Positions 19,270-28,610 of a stretch of DNA of 64,000 nucleotides are shown here, piece after piece; within the stretch, counting starts at the first letter, position 1, and each line of letters begins with the position of its first letter. The position numbers and the translations under genes are program-made. The notes under the pieces are model-generated. The model was not told where the DNA came from. It made no database searches and saw only the letters and a program-made list of their open reading frames with translations. Source of the stretch: Alteromonas sp. (GTDB lineage Bacteria > Margulisbacteria > Marinamargulisbacteria > UBA6595); contig CAXPTH010000023.1 of the NCBI GenBank assembly GCA_964220215.1, forward strand, positions 1 through 64,000, in the 5' to 3' direction.

Positions 19270-20471
19270 TTGACTTAGACACACAACTCGCACGGCTCAC
19301 CGACAATGTGGCTGAAATCGTTCCCTTGGATGCCTTTAAAGCCAAGCTGGCCCAATCGATTGAAACCCAAACCCCGTTGCGGGTTAAATTTGGGGCGGAT
19401 CCCTCTCGACCGGATCTGCATTTGGGCCATACGGTTGTCTTGCGCAAGTTGCGACAATTTCAAGACTGTGGGCATCACGTTGATTTTATTATTGGGGATT
19501 TTACTGCCAGCATTGGCGACCCAACCGGTCGCAATAAAACCCGGCCACCCTTAACGGCTGAAGCCATTGCGGAGTATTCCAAAACCTATCAGGATCAAGT
19601 CTTTCGGATTTTGGACCCAGCCAAAACCACGGTTCATTACAATAGCCACTGGTTGGGGGCCTTGTCTCAAACGGATTTAATTCGTTGGCTATCCACGGTA
19701 ACTGTTCAGCAATTGTTGGCACGCGATGATTTTACCAAACGGTATCACAGCCAAGTCCCTATTCACTTGCACGAATGCTTATACCCGGTCTTGCAGGCCT
19801 ATGATTCGGTCCATGTGCGCGCCGATATTGAATGTGGGGGTACCGACCAAAAGTTTAACTTATTGCTGGCCCGTGATTTTCAAAAAACGGCCGATCAACC
19901 CCAGCAGGCCGTCTTGATGATGCCCATTTTAGAAGGCTTAGACGGGGAAAAGAAAATGTCCAAAAGTTTGGGGAATGCCATTGGCATTACCGATAGTCCA
20001 GCCGATATGTTTGGTAAAGTGATGAGCATTGCCGACCCCCTGATGTTTCGCTACTATGCCTTGCTAACGGATTGGGATTCGCCCCGCATTGAGGCCTTGC
20101 GCCAAGCGATTGAAGCCGAGACTGTTCATCCCATGACCGCTAAAAAGCAATTGGCCCATTGCATTGTATCTGAGCGTTACGACGCCGATGCAGCCGATGC
20201 GGCACACGCGCAATTTGAACGGCAGTTTTCAAACAATGAATACCCCGATTCAATGCCCGACCATCCCCATGCATCCGCCACCGTGCACTGGCCCAGCGTA
20301 TTGGTAGAGGCCGCTATGGCCCCGTCTAAAAAAGAAGCCCGGCGACTGCTTGATCAAGGTGCTATTAAGCTCAATCGTGTGGTGCAAACGGAGGCTGAAA
20401 TTGTATGGGATCAACAAACCAGCGTGGTCCAGGTGGGGAAGCGAAAATTTTTTCGTTTAATCGCTGAGTAG
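19266..20471 (+). CDS. tyrS: tyrosine--tRNA ligase
   Basis: GADPSRPDLHLGH, YPVLQAYD, GGTDQ, KMSKS, C-terminal S4 domain. Confidence 0.97.
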   Translation: MIDLDTQLARLTDNVAEIVPLDAFKAKLAQSIETQTPLRVKFGADPSRPDLHLGHTVVLRKLRQFQDCGHHVDFIIGDFTASIGDPTGRNKTRPPLTAEAIAEYSKTYQDQVFRILDPAKTTVHYNSHWLGALSQTDLIRWLSTVTVQQLLARDDFTKRYHSQVPIHLHECLYPVLQAYDSVHVRADIECGGTDQKFNLLLARDFQKTADQPQQAVLMMPILEGLDGEKKMSKSLGNAIGITDSPADMFGKVMSIADPLMFRYYALLTDWDSPRIEALRQAIEAETVHPMTAKKQLAHCIVSERYDADAADAAHAQFERQFSNNEYPDSMPDHPHASATVHWPSVLVEAAMAPSKKEARRLLDQGAIKLNRVVQTEAEIVWDQQTSVVQVGKRKFFRLIAE

Positions 20472-21524
20472 CATCAGTGTCACTTCCCCCTGCTTAAATA
20501 AGCGCATGGGTGGCCCCCAGGTACTGGTCCCACGCGATACATACAATCGAGCCTGTCCCAATCGACGCCAACCCGCCGTAATGTGGTAGCGCAACCAGAC
20601 TAGCGCGCCCCAAGGGGGCAATTGACCCGCATGGGTGTGGCCGGACAGTTGAAGCACCTGAGGGCAGTGTTGTGCATGCTGCGCAAACGCTTCCGGGCGG
20701 TGATCCAACACCAACACAGCGGATAGGTGATCGGGAATCAGGGTGGAAAGCCCCACACGGTTAACCCCCCAGGCTTGGCCGGCTGGATCGGGCAGCCCCA
20801 CAATGCACAAGTCGCCAACCGATCGGCAGCGGTTGTCCAGCACCTCAAATCCCAGGTCTTGCATGCACGAGCAAAAGTCGGCATATCCGGTATAAAAATC
20901 ATGGTTGCCCGATACGGCGAGTTTCACTGGTGCTTGAATGGCCTGCAAGGCGGTGCATGGGTCGTGGATCCAGCGTTGGGGAATATCCGAAAAGTCACCC
21001 GTAAACACGACAATATCCGGGTTGGCCCGATTCACAGTATCCACCAACTGTTGAACCCAAGCCACTGATTTTAAGCCATTAAAATGAATATCCGTAAGCT
21101 GAACCACGCGAATGGGCGCATGCCCCGCAGGCAAGTAGCCGGCTACCCGGTGTGTAACCAAAGATGCCGCCGTTTTATTAAGCAGCAAGCTCCCCCCAAT
21201 GAGTCCCACACTAGCCATGGCGACCCCCCACTGCACCACCCACACGGGCACACCCACGGCCTGGGCGACTGTGGCCATACTAGCGACTGCCACTAAAATG
21301 GACAAGCTGCCGAGACCAACCCCGCTGAGCCATTTGAGTCCAACGTGCCATGGGGTTGGCCGAAACCAGCGGAACAGACCCAGATACACCCAAATACTCG
21401 CCATAAGCGCCCCGGCAACGGCGATGCTCACGCCCAGTGGCCAGGCATAAATGCGTGCCAATACTGCCGTGACTGCAACACTGGCGAGCTGTGGTAATGC
21501 GATGAATAGGACACGCACTAGCAT
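20457..21524 (-). CDS. membrane-anchored calcineurin-like metallophosphoesterase (YkuE/YaeI-like)
   Basis: N-terminal TM helices; DIH, TGD, GNHD, LDH, SGHTHAGQ, WGPPMR. Confidence 0.88.
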   Translation of the reverse strand: MLVRVLFIALPQLASVAVTAVLARIYAWPLGVSIAVAGALMASIWVYLGLFRWFRPTPWHVGLKWLSGVGLGSLSILVAVASMATVAQAVGVPVWVVQWGVAMASVGLIGGSLLLNKTAASLVTHRVAGYLPAGHAPIRVVQLTDIHFNGLKSVAWVQQLVDTVNRANPDIVVFTGDFSDIPQRWIHDPCTALQAIQAPVKLAVSGNHDFYTGYADFCSCMQDLGFEVLDNRCRSVGDLCIVGLPDPAGQAWGVNRVGLSTLIPDHLSAVLVLDHRPEAFAQHAQHCPQVLQLSGHTHAGQLPPWGALVWLRYHITAGWRRLGQARLYVSRGTSTWGPPMRLFKQGEVTLMLLSD

Positions 21525-21534
21525 GGGTGTTTAA

Positions 21535-22041
21535 TTACGCTGGCTCGGTGATAAACGCATCGGCAATATCTTGAATCGCCGATTCATTGAGTGGCTTATG
21601 CGCATTGACAACCACCTGACGACCCACCACGGTCAAACCAATATAGCCCAACTGCATCCGCAAGGCCATCAATGCGTGAAGCCCACCCCCACCACTGGCA
21701 CTGCCCATCGCGGCCATCTTGCCATTAAACACCGTTCGCCAATCCGCCGCATCGCTCCGACTAATCCACGCAATCGCATTGGTCAACGCCGGGGCAATGC
21801 CCCCATTGTATTCGGGCGTTATGAACACAAAGCGCTTGGCCTGCATGCATTGCGCGCATAGCTGATTCACAGCCTCGGGCGTTTCCTGCTCCTCTGTCAC
21901 GGGGGTATATAAGGGCAAATTGAGCCCAACCAAATCTACAAGGCTCGGGTTTAACCCCTTGGCTTCAAACACCCGCTGAAACGCCTGGGCCAATTCCAAA
22001 TTTTTATGATTGCTGCCGGCTAAAATTAATGTATCTGACAT
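21535..22041 (-). CDS. NADPH-dependent FMN reductase
   Basis: TPEYNG, NAIAWISR, SASGGGG; AGGAGG before ATG 22041. Confidence 0.88.
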   Translation of the reverse strand: MSDTLILAGSNHKNLELAQAFQRVFEAKGLNPSLVDLVGLNLPLYTPVTEEQETPEAVNQLCAQCMQAKRFVFITPEYNGGIAPALTNAIAWISRSDAADWRTVFNGKMAAMGSASGGGGLHALMALRMQLGYIGLTVVGRQVVVNAHKPLNESAIQDIADAFITEPA

Positions 22042-22142
22042 ATAAACACCTCCTACGTTTCTATTATACCGTGATGGCATTGGCTCGCGCACTGTTGGTT
22101 AAGATTCGATGCAAGCGTGGATGATACAGCTGGCCTAATTGA

Positions 22143-22171
22143 TTGCGTTATCTGACGGGATATACCATAAT
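22143..22171 (+). promoter_or_regulatory. sigma70-type promoter at the left edge of the defence island
   Basis: TTGCGT-17-CATAAT. Confidence 0.45.
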
Positions 22172-22252
22172 ATTTCATATACTATGAATCAAAAAAAACC
22201 ATGGCTGAGCATTAGAAAAACGGTTGGAATTCTAGATGAATAGCACACCAAA

Positions 22253-23101
22253 ATGATCAAAGGAAAAACAATCACCACATACTTAATTGATGAGACCCCA
22301 AATGGCATCCGTACGTGTTTTATATCCAATAAAATTTGCAAAGCCATTGTTGTTCCACGCGCAAAGTTACTGGATGCAAAAAAACGCATCGAGCTTCAAC
22401 AACCGGCGTTGTATATTCTACTTAGTGATTCTGATGACAAGATTTATATTGGTGAAACAGAAGATTTTTTGAGCCGCATTCGAGACCACGAATCTAAAAA
22501 GTCGTTTTGGGAACAGGCCATTATTTTTGTTTCAAAAGATAATGATTTAACGAAATCGGATGTTAAGTATTTAGAGTATTTAGCGATTAAGCAAGCACAG
22601 GCAACGGCACGCTACAACATTGAAGAAAATAAAACGTCGCCGAAGCCGACAAATTTACCGGAACATCAACTCGCCTTTATTGAGGAATTTTTTGAGGATG
22701 TGTGCACGTTGGCGACATTTTTAGGGGTGCCTGTTTTTGAGAAAGTAATGCGAAAAAAACAAGAGTTGTTTTATTGTAGAACTAAAAACACAGATGCTAA
22801 CGGATTTTATACTGAAAATGGATTTACGGTGTTGAAAGGCTCAAAAATACAAAAGGCTTCCACACCTTCGTATACCAATAAAGAAGCGCGATTTGAAAAG
22901 CTTTCTACTGTATCAACGGTTATTAATGAAAATCAATTGGAGCTAATTAAAGACCTTACCTTTAAAAGTCCGAGTGCAGCAAGTTCGTTTTGTAGCGGTA
23001 GGTCATCGAATGGGTGGCTCGATTGGGTGAATGACAATGGGCAAACGTTGAATGAGGTGTATCGGAATACCGAAAATAAAGTGTCAGAGATTCTGAAATG
23101 A
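22253..23101 (+). CDS. GIY-YIG nuclease family protein with C-terminal DUF4357-like domain
   Basis: ALYILL...IYIGETE, R..H..K.FW, KYLE; C-terminal FTVLKGS, FKSPSAA, GRSSNGWLDW. Confidence 0.85.
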   Translation: MIKGKTITTYLIDETPNGIRTCFISNKICKAIVVPRAKLLDAKKRIELQQPALYILLSDSDDKIYIGETEDFLSRIRDHESKKSFWEQAIIFVSKDNDLTKSDVKYLEYLAIKQAQATARYNIEENKTSPKPTNLPEHQLAFIEEFFEDVCTLATFLGVPVFEKVMRKKQELFYCRTKNTDANGFYTENGFTVLKGSKIQKASTPSYTNKEARFEKLSTVSTVINENQLELIKDLTFKSPSAASSFCSGRSSNGWLDWVNDNGQTLNEVYRNTENKVSEILK

Positions 23102-23363
23102 CCGTGCCATCAAAAACCTTATCCCAAGACATTAAAATCCTACTTCAAAACGCTCAAAATCACGTTGTCCGTACTGTTATACAACGATGGTGAATAGGTA
23201 CTATGAAATCGGGCAATTAATTGTTGAACATCAACAAAAAGGACAAGAAAAGGCTAAATATGGAAATTTCGAGACACTGGCTCGGAAATTCAACTTAAGC
23301 TGGTCCCACTATGTCTTTTTAATGCGGTTGCCAGATTATGATTGGCACCTAGACAAACTGTAA
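23098..23363 (+). pseudogene. decayed YhcG/DUF1016 N-terminal fragment
   Basis: MTVPSK...VVRTV, 1-nt deletion near 23179, then TMVNRYYEIGQLIVEHQQKGQEKAKYG joined directly to NFETLARKFNLSWSHYVFLMRL; stop at 23361. Confidence 0.8.
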
Positions 23364-23877
23364 AGCATCGCTAATAAACGACTCAACGATCAGATATGCC
23401 ACAATATCACCAAGTTCGAATGACTTTATGTTTGAAAACAGTAGTAATATTAAGACCGTGCAGGAGCAACATGCGTCCGCAAATTTGCCCAACAGAATAA
23501 CGAGACAATTTTTTCTTACCCCCCTCATCATCTAACCCCTCAATGAATGCATAGTTTCGATACTAGATGGGTTAAAACTTTATAAGACAACAACTACATG
23601 GAACTACCAAGCCATTACTTATACTATATGACTTAACTAAGCATGACGCAAACTAAAAAGAAACCTAAAATACAATAGTTTCTGAAAATTTTTACTTCTT
23701 CGAGCAATCAGAAGTCGATGTTGGAATCAGCTTGAATTATATACTTTTTTATTGATTAAAGATATAATATTTCACGATGTTTATTAAAAAAAAAATATTA
23801 ATGTTAAATACGCTAAAACATTTAACAATGAAAAATATGCCTAAGGCCTTAGGAATTAGCCAAAAAATCTTAAGCTA

Positions 23878-24954
23878 ATGGAAGCACAAGTAGAGAATCT
23901 GAAACTTTTCGTAGAGGAACCAATTCCAATCAAATCATTCAGCAAGGATAACAATAAAAATAGCATCACTATTTCATCTCTTTTTTCTGGGTGCGGAGGA
24001 ATGGATTTAGGCTTTTATCAAGAAGGGTTCAATATTCTATGGGCAAATGACTTCGATTCTAAAGCTTGTGATACCTATAGAAAAAATATTGGTAACCATG
24101 TTATATGCGAGGATATTACAAAGCTTGATTATTCTCAAATTCCTAGTTCAGATCTGATACTAGGTGGATTTCCTTGCCAAGACTTTTCAATGATTTGGAA
24201 AAGGGAAGGCATTAACTCTAAGAGAGGTAATCTGTATAGAAATTTTGTTGAAATAGTTAAACAAAAAGAACCTCTTATGTTTGTTGCTGAAAATGTAAAG
24301 GGAGTCTTGACCGCAAATAATAAAAAAGCCATTCAGCAAATTATTTCGGATTTTTCACATACCGGAAGTAAAGGTTACAGAACCAAAGCATATCTAGTTA
24401 ACTTTGCTAATTATGGAGTTGCTCAACTCAGAGAGAGAGTATTAATAATTGGGGTCAGAAAAGATATTCATATAAACTTTGGTATTCCAGATCCAACTCA
24501 TGATTCAAGTCGTTATTTGTCTTCAAAAGAAGCACTACATAATGTTGAAAATGTTCTGTTTAACAATGAACATCAAAACATTAAGTCAAATACAGTTGAA
24601 AAATTAAAATTGATACCTCCAGGAGGCAACTTCACTGATATACCTAAGGATTCCCCTCACTATGTTAAAGGAATGATTTCTCATGTATACCGAAGACTTC
24701 ATCCTGATAAACCTTCCACAACAATCATTGCAGCTGGAGGAGGTGGTACTTGGGGGTATCATTTTTTGGAGAATAGGCCTCTCACAAATAGAGAGAGAGC
24801 TCGTTTGTTTGGTTACCCTGACGACTTTGAATTTATAGGAAGCATTACTGATGTAAGAAGACAAATAGGCAATTCGGTTCCTCCTGAAGGTATACGCCCA
24901 TTTGCAAGGAAAATAAAAGATTTCCTTTTGGAAGCAAAAAATTATGTTCACTAA
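23878..24954 (+). CDS. DNA (cytosine-5) methyltransferase of a Type II R-M system
   Basis: Motifs FSGCGG, GFPCQ, ENV, QLRER, LTNRERAR, IGNSVPP. Confidence 0.96.
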   Translation: MEAQVENLKLFVEEPIPIKSFSKDNNKNSITISSLFSGCGGMDLGFYQEGFNILWANDFDSKACDTYRKNIGNHVICEDITKLDYSQIPSSDLILGGFPCQDFSMIWKREGINSKRGNLYRNFVEIVKQKEPLMFVAENVKGVLTANNKKAIQQIISDFSHTGSKGYRTKAYLVNFANYGVAQLRERVLIIGVRKDIHINFGIPDPTHDSSRYLSSKEALHNVENVLFNNEHQNIKSNTVEKLKLIPPGGNFTDIPKDSPHYVKGMISHVYRRLHPDKPSTTIIAAGGGGTWGYHFLENRPLTNRERARLFGYPDDFEFIGSITDVRRQIGNSVPPEGIRPFARKIKDFLLEAKNYVH

Positions 24955-25957
24955 TCTTGAGGACCATGGTGGTAATTTTAGAAATATATTAGAGACTGAA
25001 TTTTCAAATGCACAAAACGTTCAAATTGCTTCTGGTTATGCATCATTAGATTTAATCCAAGATTTTAGTGGAAGATTCAGAAATATAGCCTCACAAGGGG
25101 GGAATGCGAAGTTGCTTTTAGGCATGGCTTTCTATGAAGGTTTAGGTAAAAAAAAGCTTGATGCTGTAAATAAATTGCATTCGGAATTAAACTCCATAAA
25201 TAAAAATTCTGGTGTGTATGTAACAAATGGAAGGCGTTACCATGGCAAAGTTTATAGGTTTTATGACGAACACAGCTCGAAGGTTTACGTAGGTTCTTCA
25301 AATTTTTCTTTTAATGGCACAAGAGGAAACATTGAATGTACTGTTCCTGTAGTAGATGAAACACAGAGAGCCCAAGTTATTCATTTTTTAAATGATTTAT
25401 ATTCTAATTACTCTATACCAATTGACCATGCAGAAATTATGGTTCCAGGCAAGGAAAATGCATTTTCAAAAAAAGTTGAACAGGCCTGGAAGTCAATCCA
25501 AACGTATGATACAGCTACAATAGACCGCCACTCACTTCCTTATTTTGATTTAAATCTAGAGCATGTTGTTAAAAAAGAAAAATCTAGCCTCAACGTGTAT
25601 TTTGGAAAAGGTAGATTAAACAATAAAACTGGAAAAATTGCACCTAGGCCATGGTATGAAATTGAGATTATTGCCAATAAAGATATTAACTCTTTGGAAA
25701 TTTATCCAAAGGGAGACTTTTTAGCATATACAGATGATGGATATGTCCTACCTATGCGAACTCAAGGTGACTACAATAAAAATATTCGTTCAAAAAAGAG
25801 CCTACAAATTTTTGGTATTTGGCTTAAAGGAAAATTAGAACATAATGGTGCACTTAAAAAATATGAACCGGTTACCTTAGATGTTTTGGAAGAGTATGAA
25901 AGAAAGTCTTTGCGTCTACATAAAATAAGTGAAGGAAACTATTTTATGAGTTTTTAA
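24944..25957 (+). CDS. NgoFVII-family restriction endonuclease (PLD fold)
   Basis: IASGY, YHGKVY...YVGSSNF (HxK motif), SSLNVYFGKGR, RPWYEIE, TDDG, GDYNKN, G.WLKGKLE; overlaps the MTase stop. Confidence 0.85.
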   Translation: MFTNLEDHGGNFRNILETEFSNAQNVQIASGYASLDLIQDFSGRFRNIASQGGNAKLLLGMAFYEGLGKKKLDAVNKLHSELNSINKNSGVYVTNGRRYHGKVYRFYDEHSSKVYVGSSNFSFNGTRGNIECTVPVVDETQRAQVIHFLNDLYSNYSIPIDHAEIMVPGKENAFSKKVEQAWKSIQTYDTATIDRHSLPYFDLNLEHVVKKEKSSLNVYFGKGRLNNKTGKIAPRPWYEIEIIANKDINSLEIYPKGDFLAYTDDGYVLPMRTQGDYNKNIRSKKSLQIFGIWLKGKLEHNGALKKYEPVTLDVLEEYERKSLRLHKISEGNYFMSF

Positions 25958-26182
25958 ATTAGTTAGTAAACAAGAATGTAATGAACTCTAATTAAGTTCA
26001 CGGTTTCAGGGTCACACGTTGTACTTGTTCAAATAAAACACGCCAACAATACATCACTGCAACCAGCCTTTCAAAAACACCTTAGAGATGTTCAAGGAAG
26101 CAATTGGCATAAGTGTGGATACAAATAGCATTTTACGACATTGATTTAGAAAAGAAAATAGAAAGCAATCATGGGTGACAAA

Positions 26183-26233
26183 GAAACCATACATAACACG
26201 GATTTTAAACCGGTCGAATTCGACCGGTTTAGA
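26183..26233 (+). pseudogene. short remnant of a KilA-N domain gene
   Basis: Translates ETIHNTDFKPVEFDRFR, matching the recalled WExxxNPxFKPVEFDxF motif of KilA-N proteins. Confidence 0.55.
26206..26231. repeat. perfect 26-bp palindrome
   Basis: TAAACCGGTCGAATTCGACCGGTTTA. Confidence 0.95.
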
Positions 26234-26234
26234 C

Positions 26235-27446
26235 TTATGATTTAAACGTCACCATTTGATGCAACACCGCAACGGCGGCTCGGCACTGAATTTGATCCCG
26301 TTGTCCCGAAAGCTGTAGCCGTTCGGTATGGGTCCCGGATTCCGTAGCGATTGCAATGTAAACGGTTCCCACCGGCTTTGCTTCGGTTCCGCCATCGGGG
26401 CCGGCAATACCGGTTGTTGCCAACCCAATGCTGGCACCGGTTTGATCTCGGATGGCTTCAGCCATGGCCGCTGCAACGGCGGAACTCACCGCACCATGCG
26501 CGTCAATTAGGGCCTTGTCTACGCCTAAAATGCGGACTTTAGACGCATTGCTATAGGCCACAACACCCGCCAATACCACCGATGAACTGCCCGGAACGGC
26601 CGTTAGTAGTTGAGCCACACGCCCGCCGGTACACGACTCGGCCAGCGCCACCGTGTCTGACCGAGCCTGTAAGTACCGAACGATGGTTTCGCCAAACGTC
26701 TCAGCGGCTGTGGTATACGCACAGTCTGCAAGTGCCGCTTGAATATGCGCGTGCACAGCCTCAGCCTCGGGTGTTGTGGTACAACACTGCACATGGACCT
26801 CTGGAAATGGTACTTGATAGCGAATGGTGACGCCTTCGGGTAATGGGTACAACGGTGCCAGTCGATCCGCAATCTCCGATTCACCCACACCCACGCATTT
26901 GACAGTTGTAATAACCCGATGGTGCTGATGCTGGCGCCGATGGGCGTGAAGCCACGGCAACACCCACGTCTCTAGCATCGGCTGCATCTCCCGTGGAACA
27001 CCCGGCAACAAAAACCACTCGGTTATCCCGACGGTATGCTGAATACCCACAGCCGTTCCATTGGGATTGGGAATGGGCGTAGCCCCTTGGGGAATATCGG
27101 CTTGCTTCAAATTGCTAGCCGGCATGGTTCGGTTGCGTTTGGCATAAAACGCTCGCAAGCTCGCTTCAGTTGCCGCATCACGAACTAGCGGGACCGTTGC
27201 CATCTGTGCGAAGGCTTGCACGGTTCGATCATCGTCTGTTGGCCCAAGCCCACCCGTACACATGACCACATCCGCCTGCATGGCCCGCATGGTTTTGACT
27301 ACGTCGTCTAAGGCATCGCCCACACACACGGTTTGATGCACGGAATACCCCGACTCCCATAGCATTTTAGCGATTGTTTGCTGATTGGTATTGGCAATGC
27401 GCCCGTCCAGCAATTCATCGCCAATACAGAGCAGCCCAATGATCAC
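26235..27446 (-). CDS. cinA: CinA family protein (MoCF-like domain + NMN deamidase)
   Basis: IGDELL, TGGLGPTDDD, LPGVPREM, AESCTGG, HGAVS, TGIAGPDGG. Confidence 0.93.
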   Translation of the reverse strand: MIIGLLCIGDELLDGRIANTNQQTIAKMLWESGYSVHQTVCVGDALDDVVKTMRAMQADVVMCTGGLGPTDDDRTVQAFAQMATVPLVRDAATEASLRAFYAKRNRTMPASNLKQADIPQGATPIPNPNGTAVGIQHTVGITEWFLLPGVPREMQPMLETWVLPWLHAHRRQHQHHRVITTVKCVGVGESEIADRLAPLYPLPEGVTIRYQVPFPEVHVQCCTTTPEAEAVHAHIQAALADCAYTTAAETFGETIVRYLQARSDTVALAESCTGGRVAQLLTAVPGSSSVVLAGVVAYSNASKVRILGVDKALIDAHGAVSSAVAAAMAEAIRDQTGASIGLATTGIAGPDGGTEAKPVGTVYIAIATESGTHTERLQLSGQRDQIQCRAAVAVLHQMVTFKS

Positions 27447-28147
27447 TCATCCGTCTCCATGATCATCGTTAGCGTTTTTTGATAATTCAGCGCATCCACC
27501 TGTCCCACAGCCAATCGACCGAGTTGGATAGGCCCGATGGTGTCGCGATGCAAGGCAATCACCCGATACCCCAAGGTATCAAACAACCGGCGAATGATTC
27601 GATTACGTCCCTGAGCAATCACCACCCGATACCGGTTTTTACTCAACGATTCCAACCGTGTGAGACGCACGGGCCCATCATCCAAAAACAAGCCCCCCAA
27701 CAAGCGGCGGCTATCCGAGGCCGTCACGGCATGGGCCAGTTGAACCACATACTGCTTGTCTATTTGATAGCGGGGATGCAAAATTTGGTTGGCTAGTTGC
27801 CCATCATTGGTGAGCAACAACAACCCAGAGGTATCGCGATCCAACCGCCCCACTGGAAATACGGGCTCTGGAATGTGCCGACACACATCGGCCAAGCAGG
27901 GCCGGCCTCGCGGATCCGTCATGGTTGAAATGACCCCCACGGGCTTGTGGTATCGGTAGATGGCCATGCCAATAATCCCCGTCACACGAACCCCCCGAAT
28001 TGAAATACGATCCACCGCAGGGTCAATGGTGATCCGCAAGGTCTGGCAAACCCGACCATTGCACTGAATGGCCCCCTGATTCAACTGATCATACACTTCG
28101 CGCCGGGTATACTCCGTATACGCCACAAGATACTGATCCAATCGCAT
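27443..28147 (-). CDS. RsuA/RluB-family rRNA pseudouridine synthase
   Basis: N-terminal S4 domain, HKPVG, PVGRLDRDTSGLLLLTNDG, GRNRIIRR. Confidence 0.92.
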   Translation of the reverse strand: MRLDQYLVAYTEYTRREVYDQLNQGAIQCNGRVCQTLRITIDPAVDRISIRGVRVTGIIGMAIYRYHKPVGVISTMTDPRGRPCLADVCRHIPEPVFPVGRLDRDTSGLLLLTNDGQLANQILHPRYQIDKQYVVQLAHAVTASDSRRLLGGLFLDDGPVRLTRLESLSKNRYRVVIAQGRNRIIRRLFDTLGYRVIALHRDTIGPIQLGRLAVGQVDALNYQKTLTMIMETDE

Positions 28148-28148
28148 A

Positions 28149-28610
28149 TTAGCGCACCGTATCCCGAAGCACCACGCGATTATTCTGCAACAACTTCAGC
28201 ACGTGATTTTGGGGATCCAATTGCAAGTGGTCCGTCGTAATGAGCATCTCATCCGCCGATAATTGAACCTGATTATACGCGGCCAGCTGCCCGGATGTTA
28301 GTGCGTACGCCATTCGATCAGCGGTTAACGCATACGCATCAATGCGGCCTTTCACGGCGTGCATCACCATACGGGGCTGTTGATCCAAAAACAGCTCCGC
28401 TTCCGTGGCACGCATTGCCAGCACATCCCGATCACGCTCTACATGGCGAATACGCACCCCCGCCATCACAATATTGGGGGTGCCTTCTGGAAGCAGCTGG
28501 GGCACATTTTCAAGTGTTGAATACTGAATAGCGACGGCAACAATCACCCCCAAACCGATCCCCAGAAGAAGCAACCACCTACTCATCATCAGGGGTATCG
28601 GGATCGCCAT
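28149..28610 (-). CDS. hypothetical membrane-anchored protein, possibly LptC-like
   Basis: N-terminal TM followed by a beta-rich region (LTADRMAY, ITTDHLQL); start could be 28589. Confidence 0.45.
   Translation of the reverse strand: MAIPIPLMMSRWLLLLGIGLGVIVAVAIQYSTLENVPQLLPEGTPNIVMAGVRIRHVERDRDVLAMRATEAELFLDQQPRMVMHAVKGRIDAYALTADRMAYALTSGQLAAYNQVQLSADEMLITTDHLQLDPQNHVLKLLQNNRVVLRDTVR

Larger units (their letters stand above)
22100..26233. mobile_element. AT-rich defence island / horizontally acquired region with no integrase visible
   Basis: Abrupt AT enrichment, defence genes and pseudogene remnants between the FMN reductase gene and cinA. Confidence 0.65.

Noticed and set aside
22184..22243. 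19-codon ORF (MNQKKPWLSIRKTVGILDE) upstream of the GIY-YIG gene
   Set aside because: No RBS or recognisable homology; cannot be supported
23364..23535. NIKTVQEQ peptide resembling a tyrosine-recombinase C-terminal box
   Set aside because: No LGH or other catalytic residues; too short to support
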